DNA of 64,000 bases from Antechinus flavipes (taxonomy: Eukaryota). Position numbers and translations under genes: made by a program. The stretch spans positions 23,002,001 through 23,066,000 of the forward strand of contig NC_067404.1 in NCBI RefSeq assembly GCF_016432865.1. The letters run 5' to 3'. Under the pieces are notes generated by a model. That model worked only from the letters and a program-made list of their open reading frames with translations. It did not search any database and had not been told where the DNA came from. Positions 1 through 12,278 of this stretch are shown one piece after another (position 1 is the stretch's first letter; each line of letters starts with the position of its first letter).

Positions 1-60
1 ACACACCACACAATGCATACATATACACAATTACTTCCTGGCAAAGAGGGGGAAGAAATG

Positions 61-190
61 GAAGCAGTGTCAGATTTTATGCTCTTCAGCTCAGAGTTCA
101 CTGCAGAAGGTGATTGCAGCTATCAAATTAAAAGATAGTTATTCCTTGGAAGGAAAACTATGGGGAATCTGGACAACATCACAGAGCTAT
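61..190 (+). mobile_element. RTE/BovB-like LINE reverse transcriptase fragment (degenerate)
   Basis: ctgcagaaggtgattgcagctatcaaattaaaagatagttattccttggaaggaaaactatg resembles the recalled RTE/BovB motif ctgcagatggtgactgcagccatgaaattaaaagacgcttgctccttggaag. Confidence 0.6.
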
Positions 191-397
191 TAAGTGTCTG
201 AGCCTGGATTTGAACTCAGTTCTTTCTGACTTCAGGCTCCATGCTCTAACTACTGTGCTACCTAGGTGTATATAACCCTATGGCTCCTCCCCCCCCCCCA
301 TGCTGCTAAAAAGGATCTCTCTTCTCTCCGAGATTTTCTAGAATATATTGCTTCAGTCTTTCTTATACTTCTGTCTCTCTCATTCTGCCTTATATCA

Positions 398-566
398 CAG
401 GGCTTCTTAAACTTTTTCCACTTGCGACCCCTTTTTGGCCAACAAATTTTTATGTGACCCCATGCATATGGGTATATGAAATAGGTATACAAATCAAACA
501 TAAACTGATAATAAATCATAATTTTGTGAGTCCCCACATTCAGTTACCAGATCCCATATGGGGAAG
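398..566 (+). mobile_element. hAT/Charlie-type MITE (internally deleted copy)
   Basis: Starts cagggcttcttaaactttttccac; the same ~190-bp element recurs at 11720-11900, 25093-25286, 32968-33040, 54536-54729 and 59722-59890. Confidence 0.65.
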
Positions 567-706
567 CTGGGTCATAGGTGATAGATATCGGAGTCGATAT
601 TTGAAGCCATCAGATACTTACTATGTGCCAGGCACTAGAGCTCCAAAAAAAGGCAGAAACAACTGCCTCTAAATTAAATATTCTCTTCATTATGTTTATA
701 GGCAGA

Positions 707-864
707 NNNNNNNNNNNNNNNNNNNNNNNNNNNNNNNNNNNNNNNNNNNNNNNNNNNNNNNNNNNNNNNNNNNNNNNNNNNNNNNNNNNNNNNNNNNNNN
801 NNNNNNNNNNNNNNNNNNNNNNNNNNNNNNNNNNNNNNNNNNNNNNNNNNNNNNNNNNNNNNNN
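707..864. other. Assembly gap (N run)
   Basis: Run of n characters. Confidence 1.
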
Positions 865-2589
865 CACAGGGGAATAAGGGACAGAATGGAGAAGAATGAC
901 AATCTCAGTTATAAGGACCTTGTGGTGGAGAAAGGGCCTGGCTTGTGTGTGACACTGAATCTTGTTACCTCCTCCTCTGCCTCCTCATACTTCCCCCTCA
1001 CCCAAGCAAGCTCACCATAAGGTACCCAATAACCAATTTTTAATTGGTTTGAGTGAGACGTCACCACAACAGGGAGTAGATGACAGCATTTGCCTTCCTC
1101 AGTGTATACCAGCTGTCTAGAAATGCCTGTTTCAGAATAGCAAGAGGAATTACCTGTGGCCCCATTACTCCTGAAAACCCTTTGGCTGGACACCAGTTTT
1201 CTCACTCTGAACTTGGGGGGCAAAATCAAGATCTTTCAAATTCAGTGAGGACTGTCAATTCCTCTTTGCTCTTTCTGTGCCATTATAATGGTCTATGCAT
1301 TTGTAGAATATCAGGAGGCTCAAATGAGTTTTTTTTTTAATCTCTTTTAGGAGAACTGTGCTGCTCATTGAACACAGACTATGAGACCACTGTTTATATT
1401 TTTCCGTATTAGATTATTAAGAGCTTTAGGTTATTGATAATACTCTTTAAGGGGGAAAGTACTTAGGAACACAAGAAGGAGTCAATAAAATTTGGCCATT
1501 CTAGGTGTGTGTGGATGGCATGTCATTTCCTATGTGTTTAAAAATTCAAAATGGCACCTGCATGAACCAGGACATATGAAGGATTACCAGTCTAGTAAGC
1601 TCTCATCTCCAAATGGTTGTTTTGTTTTATTGGGCTTACTTTATAGTGATTGTTTTCTAAACCCTTCCTATCTTGCTGTGCAGTAAGTTTTTACAAATCT
1701 GACATACAAAATTGAAATTTTCTCCTGGAGAACACAAATGAAGGGATTGCAAGGTGTATTAAACTAGTGGCTTTTTCCTCTTGGCAGACTAGTTTCTGGA
1801 AGAGACTCAAAGAGTGGCTGGTTTACCAGGGGAGACACTTCTCAGGGCAGTGGAAACAGGGAATGTTTAAGTGTTTGCTCCAGTCCCTTGATTTTGTTCC
1901 TGGTAGACTGTCTTTTTGAAGTGGGCTACTGATTTTTCTAATTACTAGAATTGCAGCAAGAACTATTCTATATATTGACTGTCTGGTCTCTCCTCTTTTT
2001 AGCCTTTGGACCTTTGTTTTTCTTCCTTTCTGGTAAGGATGACTCCAAAATGACCCAAAGCTATCAGAAGGATGTGACAGGGAAGCAAACTATGTCAACC
2101 CAAAGTTAATATAGCCATAAGGAAAGTAGCAAATTCAGTGAACTTCCCACTTATTTATCTGATGTCCAGCAGTCTCTGTTTTGCCAATTTCATTTCCTGT
2201 CCATGTTAAATTGAACAATTTGGCCTGTGGTTTGAACACTAGGTAGAGGCGTCCTGAGTTTATTTATATTTGGAAAACATTGGAACTGGCAAGGTTCCTT
2301 TTGACAGCTTGGCAAAGTGGAAAGAATACTCTTACCTGCAGTGACAAGAGATGTGTGTTTGAATCTGCCATTTCCACTGACTGGCTCTGAGACTATGATC
2401 AGTCTTTTCGTCTCTATGACCCTTTCAGAATCCCAGAATTGGCAGGGACTTGAGTGACTATCTTTCCAACCCATGCCTAAGAAGGAATGTTGGCACAGCA
2501 CACATACCAAATGACTATCCAGCCTTTGCTTGAAGACTGATGAGGAAAAATACATTCTCTCCCAAAGTCCCTCATCCGTTTTTGGTTAC

Positions 2590-2880
2590 CTCTCTTTCTT
2601 CCTCTGTAACACTCTAATGCCTCCCATGCATTTGGGTATTCTCTCTGATAATACAGATGGTAACAAATCATGTTTGCACATCCTATGCAGCTTTGATCCA
2701 TGTCTTCCCCCAGGTTCACTAAAAGGGATCCACTTGACATGCTGGAGGTTTTCCTTGTGTTCTCTGCACGTTTCAAGAGTAACAGTCAAACTATCCATTG
2801 CTTAGCTCTTGCTATTGCTCTGTGACTGGCCCATCATCTTTTTGATCCTGCATTTCTTTGCCCTTCTTTTATACCACTTT
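2590..2880 (-). mobile_element. Old RTE LINE 3' fragment
   Basis: Reverse strand resembles the recalled marsupial RTE 3' end (ggatccc...gggggaagacatgga...gcatagga). Confidence 0.5.
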
Positions 2881-3419
2881 GGTTTGTGTAATTCTTTGTC
2901 TGTAATGGATTGCGGTACATTCACATCACTTGTATACACCTCTCCATTGCCTCTCAAATGAACCTCAGCTTTGATTTTTTGGAGACTAGTTTTTCACTGC
3001 TGTTTACCAGTGGAAAGCCTATTGTCCTGTTTCATTTCAGTTCTAGGCCCAGCTCATCATCCATTTGTATATGCATACACACATACATACATATATATGT
3101 GAACTATATGCATACACACATTGATGGATAGCCTCTTCTAACTCCTCTGTAAAATGTGAATAATAATAATGATGCATGTACTTTCTACCTTAGTGTAAAG
3201 ACAGCCATTTGTAAACTTTATGTAAGTTGTGAATGTATTACCTATGCGCCTTAAGTGCGTCAACATGGATCTATCTAGAAATACCTCATGGGGAGGTAGG
3301 ATTGTCTCTCTTTTTCTCTTGTCTCTTTCTTCTATTCCTCTCCAAGGGAGACTTTAATTCATACCAGAGGGGTATCAGGAAATGGGTGTCACAAGCCTGG
3401 CCGTTCTTGTGGCTCATAA

Positions 3420-3680
3420 CATAGCATTTTTACCTTTTTGTTATCATTTGTTTGCCTTTTGTTTTCTTTCTCATTTTTTCCCTTTTTGATCTGGTTTTTA
3501 TTGTGCATCAGGGTGGTTGTGGAGGTATGTGTAGAGGAGGTTGACATATATTAGATTGCTTGCTGCCTGGGGAGGGGGTGGGTGAAGGGAGGGAGAAAAG
3601 GTTTGGAGCAGGGGTGTTTGCAGGGGTGAGTGCTGAGGACTGTCTTTGCATATATTTTGAAAATAAAAAAGACTGGCCAT
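3420..3680 (-). mobile_element. Old L1 3'UTR fragment
   Basis: T-rich tail followed by the G-rich 3'UTR tract typical of marsupial L1 in antisense. Confidence 0.55.
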
Positions 3681-5208
3681 TCTATTATTCTATTCCCTCA
3701 GAGAGAGGACACACTTAGAATTATATCTGCTTGACTTCTAAATGTTGTAGTTTCGAGGAAAATAATTTTAGGTTCAAATCACTTTCCTGATTGCTATTCC
3801 TTAATTAGAAAGGAATACCCCAAACCATATAACAGAGATCTTGACTCCTCACCAGATGTCAGTCACACAAAGACAGAGTGAATAGCAAATAAACCCATTT
3901 ATCCAAGTCAATACCTAACAGAAATCAGAAAGATAATGCAGATTAGAATATATCAGGCAGTACAAAAGTGATTGAGGAGCACATCCACTGAAAGCACAAT
4001 AGCTCAATTATCAGAAAAAGAAAGTACCCAATCTCATCCAACGGATGTCCTCTCTCACAGCTGGAAGTCAAAGGAAAGCATTCTTCTTCTCCTAAATTTT
4101 CACCAAATCAGCTCCTCATGAAGATACTAGTGATTTTCAAGTGATTTTCCCCATACACACCAGTGAAGAAACATATATGCAAATGTCTTTGAGCCCCAAA
4201 TTATACCTAAAAGGTTGTAGAAATGAGAGTTGTAATTATTAGTCTAGCTCCTATATTTTACAACTGAAGAAACTCAGACCCAAAGACAAGAAACTTATCT
4301 AGGAGTTCACAGCTTAGGGGAAAAGCTAGTACTAGAATGTTCAAGTCACCAGATTCCCAGGATGTGACACTATCTTTCTTCAGTCTGGAAAGGAAGAGTA
4401 TGACCTGAAATTACTATCCTCTCCTTATCATCGCTATCAATTTCCTGCTCGTTATGGGAGAAATACTGTTAAATTTATGAATCTAGCTTTAGATATGCTC
4501 CTTTGAATCCATTGGAGAGGATGGGATTGGCAATTGTGCCAATTCATTTTCCCCAGGGATTTCTTGGAGAAAGAGAAAGACAAGGATTTTATAGCCTAGT
4601 TGTGTATGACTATGTGACATTGGGATTATTATTAAGGTCTTACTCAAGCCCTAGTACCATATTCATTTTGAATAGAGTCTTTTTATTTTAAATATTTTTT
4701 GGGGGGGAATGTTTTTCCCCCATTAAATCTGAACTCTAGGTTATCTTATGGGAAGAAGTTCGGTTGATAGTAATTTAAAACACTATTGGTCCATTGAGTC
4801 ATGGCCATGGCTTTGGGAAACCTCATTTTTTTAAATATGTGTTCTAGAGAAGTCAGAGAATTGAAGGATTGAAGGCCCACTATGGAGCAGCAGCAATCAC
4901 ACTAACAAAGACTGGGACAGCAAAAACAGATTTCCCTTTGACAAAGCTGGATAATTACCAAGAACAAAAAAAACTGTAGACAAATGAAACAAGTTCAGAG
5001 GGAGACTTGGGAACTCGCCAGTGTTTTGTAGCTTTATCCAAAATAAACCTATAACGTTCCCTGATTCCTCTGCCAGCTAATAAAAAGAAATCAGTGGCCC
5101 ACTTCTAATCCTAATAGGGTCTTACATCAAAGAAGCTTGAGGGAGAGAAGGGAAGGAACCCCAAAATACCTCTTTTTAGGAAAAGAAACTTTTTTGGAAG
5201 AAATATCT

Positions 5209-6625
5209 TTTTTTTTTTAAATTTTATTTTATTTAATAATAACTTCGCATTGACAGAATCCATGCCAGGATAATTTCTACACGACATTATCCCTTGCAAT
5301 CACTTATGTTTCGTTTTTTCCCCTCCCTCCCTCCCCCCCCCCCAGGATGGCAAGCAGTCCTATATATGCTAAACATGTTGCAGTATATCCTAGATACAAT
5401 ACATATTTGCAGAACCGAACAGTTCTCTTGTTGCACAGGGAGAATTGGATTCAGAAGGTAAAAATAACTCGGGAAGAAAATCAAAACTGCAAATAGTTCA
5501 CATTCATTTCCCAGTATTCCTTCTTTGGGTGTAGCTGTTTCTGCCCATCATTTCTCCAATGAAACTCAGTTAAGTCTCTTTGTCAGAGAAATCCACTTCC
5601 ATCAGAATACATCCTCATACAATATCGTTGTCAAAGTGTATAATGATCTCCTGGTTCTGCTCATCTCACTTAGCATCAGTCCATGTAGGTCTCTCCAAGC
5701 CTCTCTGTATTCATCCTGCTGGTCATTCCTTACAGAGCAATAATATTCCATAACATTCATATACCACGATTTACCTAACCATTCTCCAATTGATGGGCAT
5801 CCATTCATTTTCCAGTTTCTAGCCACTACAAACAGGGCGGCCACAAACATTTTGGCACATACAGGTCCCCTTCCCTTTTTTAGTATCTCTTTGGGGTATA
5901 AGCCCAATAGAAACACTGCTGGATCAAAGGGTATGCACAGTTTGATAACTTTTTGGGCATAATTCCAGATCGCTCTCCAGAATGGCTGGATTCGTTCACA
6001 ACTCCACCAACAATGCATCAGTGTCCCCGTTTTCCCGCATCCCCTCCAACATTCATCATTATTTTTTCCTGTCATCTTAGCCAATCTGACAGGTGTGTAG
6101 TGATATCTCAGAGTTGTCTTAATTTGCATTTCTCTGATCAATAGTGATTTGGAACACTCTTTCATGTGAGTGGTAATAGTTTCAATTTCTTCATCTGAAA
6201 ATTGTCTGTTCATATCCTTTGACCATTTATCAATTGGAGAATGGCTTGATTTTTTATAAATTTGAGTCAGTTCTCTATATATTTTGTAAATGAGGCCTTT
6301 ATCAGAACCTTTAATTGTAAAGATGTTTTCCCAGTTTGTTACTTCCCTACTAATCTTGTTTGCATTCGTTCTGTTTGTACAAAGGCTTTTTAATTTGATA
6401 TAATCAAAATTTTCTATTTTGTGATTGGTAATGGTCTCTAGTTCATCTTTGGTCACAAATTTCTTTCTCCTCCACAAGTCTGAGAGATAAACTATCCTAT
6501 GTTCCTCTAATTTATTTATAATCTCGTTCTTTATGCCTAGGTCATGGACCCATTTTGATCTTATCTTGGTATGTGGTGTTAAGTGTGGGTCCTTGCCTAA
6601 TTTCTGCCATACTAATTTCCAGTTA
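5209..6625 (-). mobile_element. Young 5'-truncated LINE-1 (ORF2 C-terminus, 3'UTR, A-rich tail) with 15-bp TSD
   Basis: ORF 5602-6705 encodes the L1 ORF2 C-terminus including CWRGCGKTGTLMHCWWSC. TSD ttggaagaaatatct at 5194-5208 and 6626-6640; T-run tail at 5209-5240. Confidence 0.96.
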
Positions 6626-6697
6626 TTGGAAGAAATATCTAAATTAAATCTGCTTTGTTTGCATTTGTTGTCAAAGAGCCTGGGTTCAAGTGCTTGC

Positions 6698-8353
6698 TCT
6701 GTCACTTTTGTGTGTCATGTACCTCCTTGTTTGTAAAGCCAACCAAGCAAGCAGTTATTTGTTGAAAAGGATTTTATTATAAACTAGAAAATCATCAACA
6801 AACATGGTTATTTCCAAGTACAAATAAGGCCAGAACAATAGAATTATATATGAAGCTTTAAAAAATGTATTTGAATGATTTGAAAAATCTCATGTGGTAA
6901 TACCAACATTGCCCTTTCTGGATTCCTTTATGCTCTCTTATGGATCAAATATGCCATAGATATGTTAATCTTCTTGTTTGGGTAATTCCAAATTGACTTC
7001 TACATTGATTGGACCAACTCACATGTCCACCAATCGTTTTTTAGTGTGCCTGGTTTTCCCCAACCCTTCCAACATTGTCCAGTCTTTTTTTGGCCAATTT
7101 GCTGGATGTGAGGTGACAGACACTTCAGAGTCGTGTTGATCTACATTTCTCTTATTATTAATAATGTAGTAATGCCAATCCTTTTGGCAGGGAAGGATGA
7201 AGCCACAGAGATGATGAATGGAGCCACAGGGCTTTCAAATGATACATTTATGCCAGGGATTCATTTGAATACTATTCCCAGAAGCAGAAGTGGAAAGAGG
7301 GAGGGGTAGAGGCAAAGAGAAAGGAGGTGTACCCTTGTGCAGCATGACAAAAAGATAGTCTATTAACATTTCTGGAAGTGACCAGCCATATTGAGTTCTT
7401 ATTTATTAGCATAACTCCAAAATAGGAGTTAAATAGGAAGTTAAATTGAGAGGATATAATAGCCAGAGTGGTGGCTCTTAAATGTAAAGAGCCTACATTT
7501 AGGTGGACCTAATAAATGTAAAATCTTTACTTATCTGAATATTGAATATATAAACACTTTACTCATAATAATTGAAATGTGATTAAAAATGTTAAGCTGT
7601 TTTACGCACATCATATAATGCAGTAATCCTTAGAGTACTTGCTCATTTATACTAATCAGAAGAGTAATGTTCCATAATATGTTCCAGACCAACCTTAGAA
7701 TGAAAGAGACATTTCTTTATTGAAAAGTGTAATTGATATACTTGCCTCTTGGGGGAAAATGACTTTTCCTACTTTATAGGTATATTTAGCCCATTTAAAG
7801 GAATTTGCTTTTATTTCCTGTGCTTTTGCCTTGACCTTACTTTGTGACTCCATCTTTGACTTTGGAGGAAACAAGGGCTTTAATTCCGGGATTCCAAATC
7901 TTTTATGTGTCCTGAACCTCTCTAAGAGACTTAGTTTATGGACTCCTTCTGAGCATGTTTTAAATTGTGTAAAAAAAAATCAATCCCACAAAAGATACCA
8001 ATTATATTGAATTACTGTTATCATCATTTTTAAAAAAGCAAAAAAAAATCCATGAACCCCAGATTAAAAATTCTTGCCTTAATGGATGCCCAATTTAAAA
8101 TTTTTATTATTAAAATTTATAAAATCCCTTCTAGTAAATAACAGGAGCAAGTCCTTTAACACAGACCGCTTTATAAGCCCAAAGTAATCCCATGTAATTC
8201 CCCTTCTTTCTCTGACCTCTTGTAGCACTTGGCTTACATACCTCTCTTTTGGCACTTAGCGAAAGTCTTGGATCACAGGTAGCTGTTGCTCTGTTTAATC
8301 CCTTTACTAGCCAGTTATCTCTTTTAGAGTTGGAACTTTGTACTTCATATCTT
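6698..8353 (+). repeat. Inverted repeat arm A (1656 bp; reverse complement of 12279-13933)
   Basis: Direct comparison, e.g. acctccttgtttgtaaagccaacc vs ggttggctttacaaacaaggaggt. About 3 substitutions and 3 homopolymer-length differences seen. Confidence 0.97.
7880..8090 (+). mobile_element. hAT-type MITE (second family; duplicated within arm A')
   Basis: gggattccaaatctttt...ccatgaaccccagattaaaaattcttg resembles a recalled marsupial Charlie-like MITE. Confidence 0.5.
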
Positions 8354-10669
8354 TTTCATCTTTTTGTCTCCTCACCTTCACAGACCCTGATTGGGCACTT
8401 GAGAGATATTTGCATGAAAAATGGCTGGCTGAAGGAGTGCAGCACTAGTAATTGCATCTTATTTAGGAGCTCTTTCAGGTTATTTCCATTTTGCTCCCAT
8501 TAGCTGTATAACCTTGGTCAAATCACTCAACCTTTCTGAGTTTCCATTTCCTCACTTGTAAAATGAGGGTAATAATAAGAATAATCTACTTCCCAGAATT
8601 GCTGAAAGATTTAGACAACAATGTAATGTTGAGAGAATTAGACAACAAATATAAAATGCTTTGCAAACATGAAGATGGTGTGTCAATATTGGTTGTTGTT
8701 CTGGAGGGCCTCAACATTAATTAGGTAGCATTGTGAAGTACAGCATTTACTTTAAGGGAATGTGAAAAGAATTAGGGATCTTGTCTGACCCATGGAAGTT
8801 GTCAGGTTCTCCCCACCAGTAAGAGGGACAGGAACAAGGTTAAGAAGAGGATAAGATAGTGAAAGTCAATTTGCTTGACTGTTGTGCTACATGTTACAGT
8901 GACAGGAGAAGAAACTCTTGTGACTTTGTGAAGAAGTCAAAGGATTCTGTGTAGGGAGTTCCATTTGATCAACAGTCACAGCTAGTTGAAGAGCAAAGAA
9001 CCAATTTATTCCCCACAGTGCAACCAGTACTATTCTTGGAAGCAATATGATATGGTGGAAAAAGTGGTGGGCTTAGAGTCAGGAAAGAAAGCTGCTCTTA
9101 AATCAGACTTTTGACATTCAGTGATTTCACAATTCTCAGTTTCAATTTCCTCATCTGTAAAGTGAGGAAAAGGATATCTCTAACATCTGCCTCACAGAGT
9201 TGTTGGAAACCCCAAATGAGATCACAATGGCAAAGTGTTATACGCATTTTTAAAAAAACACTTCACTAGTACCAGCTGTTACTCATACATTGTCCCATAG
9301 TAATCTCCATATACTATGTTCCTATGTTATACTATGTATAACAGCTCTGAGGGGTGGGCAGGGTGTGTGCCATGTGATCAACCCCATTTGACAGACGAAA
9401 CTTGAGCTCTGAGAAGTTGGCCTTGGTCGAGGTCATGCAGTTTGATGTCTCAAAATGAGATTTTGTACTATCCTCCCTTTACTCTAAGATGAGTGATCTT
9501 TCTACTCTCCCCACCCCTGTTATCCCAGCTCTTGACTCCTTACATTAGAGGGCTCAATATGAGAAAGCAAGTAAGAAATTGACCCAATTAGAATGAAGGG
9601 CAACACAAATTCATTTTGCCAGCATTTATTTAGCTCCGACTGTGTGCACAGCCCCATACTAGGACTGGGGGTGGGGGGGAGGACTTAGTGGGGAAGAAAG
9701 GATAAAGCAAGGAAATTAGGAGCATGGTCTCAGCTCTTAAGGGGTGCAGTGTAATGGAAACCTTGGTTGGTGTTTGAGCTATTCCACCAGCGCCACCACC
9801 CCTATCTCCCATGGCATGACTCATTCACTTGTTTCCCATTATTATCTTTGTTTTTCTGCTGTGACATCCTGCATTGGACATGAAGAAGACTGGGTTCTTG
9901 AAGGCTATCCTAATAGAACAAGGGAGTTCTGGAAGATTAAGCTATACAAACAGTGACAGATTGTATGACTGCTTTCTGAAGAGCAGCCTAAGTTTCAAAA
10001 CAATCATGGAAATGAGGGGTCTTAACAACTCATGAAGACCATCTCCTAAGATTGTAAAGGGATTACAGTCTGTCAGTGAATGGTTTGTTCACATTGGGGA
10101 AATAACAGAGTCCTGAAGCATTGAAATATTACTCTTGCTATTATTAATTAATTCATGAATAGCATTCAGAAAGCATTTTATAAGTGTCAAACATTTATGT
10201 GTTTGGCCCTGAGAATACAAATAGGAAAAAGCCAGTTCCTATGTTCTGATTATTTTCATTGTAAATTGATCGCACTTTTGGTGACCTTCTAGGGTTTGAG
10301 TAAGAATAGTGATATTTCTTTCTGGAATGAGTTTCATTATTAAGGCAATTCAGAAGAATCTGTCCTTTATTCTCTTTTCTAAGATGTATTTTCAATAGTA
10401 GAAATCTCATATTAAATACTTGGGGAGCTTCTGACAGCCATGTTCTCTCCACAGCTTTGTAGCAGTTCTTATAGTTTCTCAATTTAATTTAGGAGTCTTA
10501 ATTATCTAAATTGCTTTTTTGCTATTACAAGTCTGCATCCTGTAATTCTAGGAGCCGTGCACAGCATGTGTCCTTTCAGCCAGTAAAAATGTCAATACAC
10601 TCCCAAAAGGTACTGTTAGACATTGCAGAAAATTTGGCTCCATGTGGAAATTCTCTATTAAATTGAGTT

Positions 10670-10905
10670 GTTGTTGAGTCATTCCTGTCATGTCCAAGTC
10701 TCTTTGACCCCATTTGGGGTTATCTTGGCAAATATATTGGAGTGGTTTGCCATTTCTTTCTCCACCCCATTTTACACAGATGAAGAAACTGAGGCAACAT
10801 GGTGAAGTGATTTGTCTGAGTTACACAGCTAGCAAGTGTCTGGGGCAGATTGAACCTTCCTGATTCCAGGCCTGGTGCGCTATCCATTGTACTATCTAGT
10901 TTCCC
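10670..10905 (-). mobile_element. CORE-SINE (MAR1/MIR-type)
   Basis: Antisense CORE (gaagaaactgaggcaa), tRNA-like head and RTE-like tail (gaccccatttggggttatcttggcaaa). Confidence 0.8.
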
Positions 10906-11318
10906 CATTAAATCAGTAACATCCATTATTAGCATTCCATACTAGATATTTCATGAAGAAATGAACCAGTATGAAGTGTTTGGGCAATCTTGTGGTTTGC
11001 CTTATACACTTGATAACACATGTTATTTTAGAACACATCTTCCATTCTTTACCTTTAGGTCAGGACTAACCAGTAGCATTTTACATTTCTTCCTTCTCTG
11101 TCCTTTCCTCTCCCCCTCCCACTTCTGAAACTGCCTTTGTCATATCTACTTCCAAGGGGAGCACCAGGAACACCAATCTCCTCTGTACATTCTACAAGCA
11201 ACAAGATGCTGAAATGGAGCTTTCCAGCCAGAGACGGGACATTTCCTGAGCAGCCACAGCTTTGGAAGTTGTATTGTGGGTAACCTTAAGTTTGAGTTCC
11301 TATAGCTACGGAGTTCTT

Positions 11319-11662
11319 TTTTATGTTAAACATGGTAGAAACACATGTTAAATCCAATATATGCTTACATATTTATACAATTATCTAGCTGCACAAGAAA
11401 AATCAAATCAAATGGAAAGAAGATAAGGAAGAAAACAAAAACAAGCAAACAACAACAGAGAGAGTGAAAATGGTATATTGTAATCCACACTCAGTTCCCC
11501 ATGATCCTTTCTCTGGGTGCAGATGGCTCTCCCCATCACAAGATCATTGGAACTGGCCTGAATCACCTCATGGTTGAAGAGGGCCACGTCCCTCAGAATT
11601 GGCCATCATATAATCTCGTTGTTGCTGTGGACAATGATCTCCTGGTTCTGCTCATTTCACTT
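11319..11662 (-). mobile_element. L1 3' fragment with degenerate 16-bp TSD
   Basis: L1 3' sequence flanked by tagctacggagttctt (11303-11318) and tagctatggaattctt (11663-11678). Confidence 0.75.
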
Positions 11663-11719
11663 TAGCTATGGAATTCTTAAGAGAGATGATTGCCTAGTGA
11701 AGAATGTTCTTTAAAGCCT

Positions 11720-11900
11720 CACTTATTAAACTGTGGTTTGTGACATCATATATGGTCTTGGAACTGAATGCAGGGGGTCACAAAATTATGATCTATTATC
11801 AGTAAATGTTTGATGTGTATACCTGTATATCTCTATACCAGGGGTCACTTAAAATTTCTCAGGTAAAAAGTGGTCATGAGTGGAAAAAGTTTAAGAAGCT
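11720..11900 (-). mobile_element. hAT/Charlie-type MITE
   Basis: Reverse-complement copy of the 398-566 family, ending gtggaaaaagtttaagaagc. Confidence 0.6.
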
Positions 11901-12278
11901 CCACTTTAGAAGAAGAAGAGGACAGTCCATCTGCTTCCTTGGGTAGTATCCCACTTGGGGAACAACAGTCATATATCACTGTAGGTCCAATGAGAAGGGA
12001 TCTGCTTACTTAGCACATTCCAAAGCACACTAGTCTTGGGGGTTAGGAGTGGGATTCTAAACAGGTACCCTGTTTCTCAGGTACCTGGCACATAGTAGGT
12101 ACTAGATAGAGATATTTGTTGAACAGTTGAGTTTATGCAAAAGAGGAAGTTAATAAATCATACAAGGCTGTCCCAATGGTAACCCCAGTTTAATTCCCTC
12201 CAGAGGGCTGTTAATAAGGAAGTTATTTGAATGCTTTATGTTTTTATATATGTTCCTGGGTTACAGGGAGTTCTTAAT

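Noticed and set aside
3790-4100. Possible antisense solo LTR
   Set aside because: LTR-like composition but no TG...CA termini or TSD could be defined.
5602-6705. 367-aa ORF as a novel or domesticated gene
   Set aside because: It is L1 ORF2 C-terminus; its N-terminus is read-through from flanking DNA across the TSD and begins at GTG.
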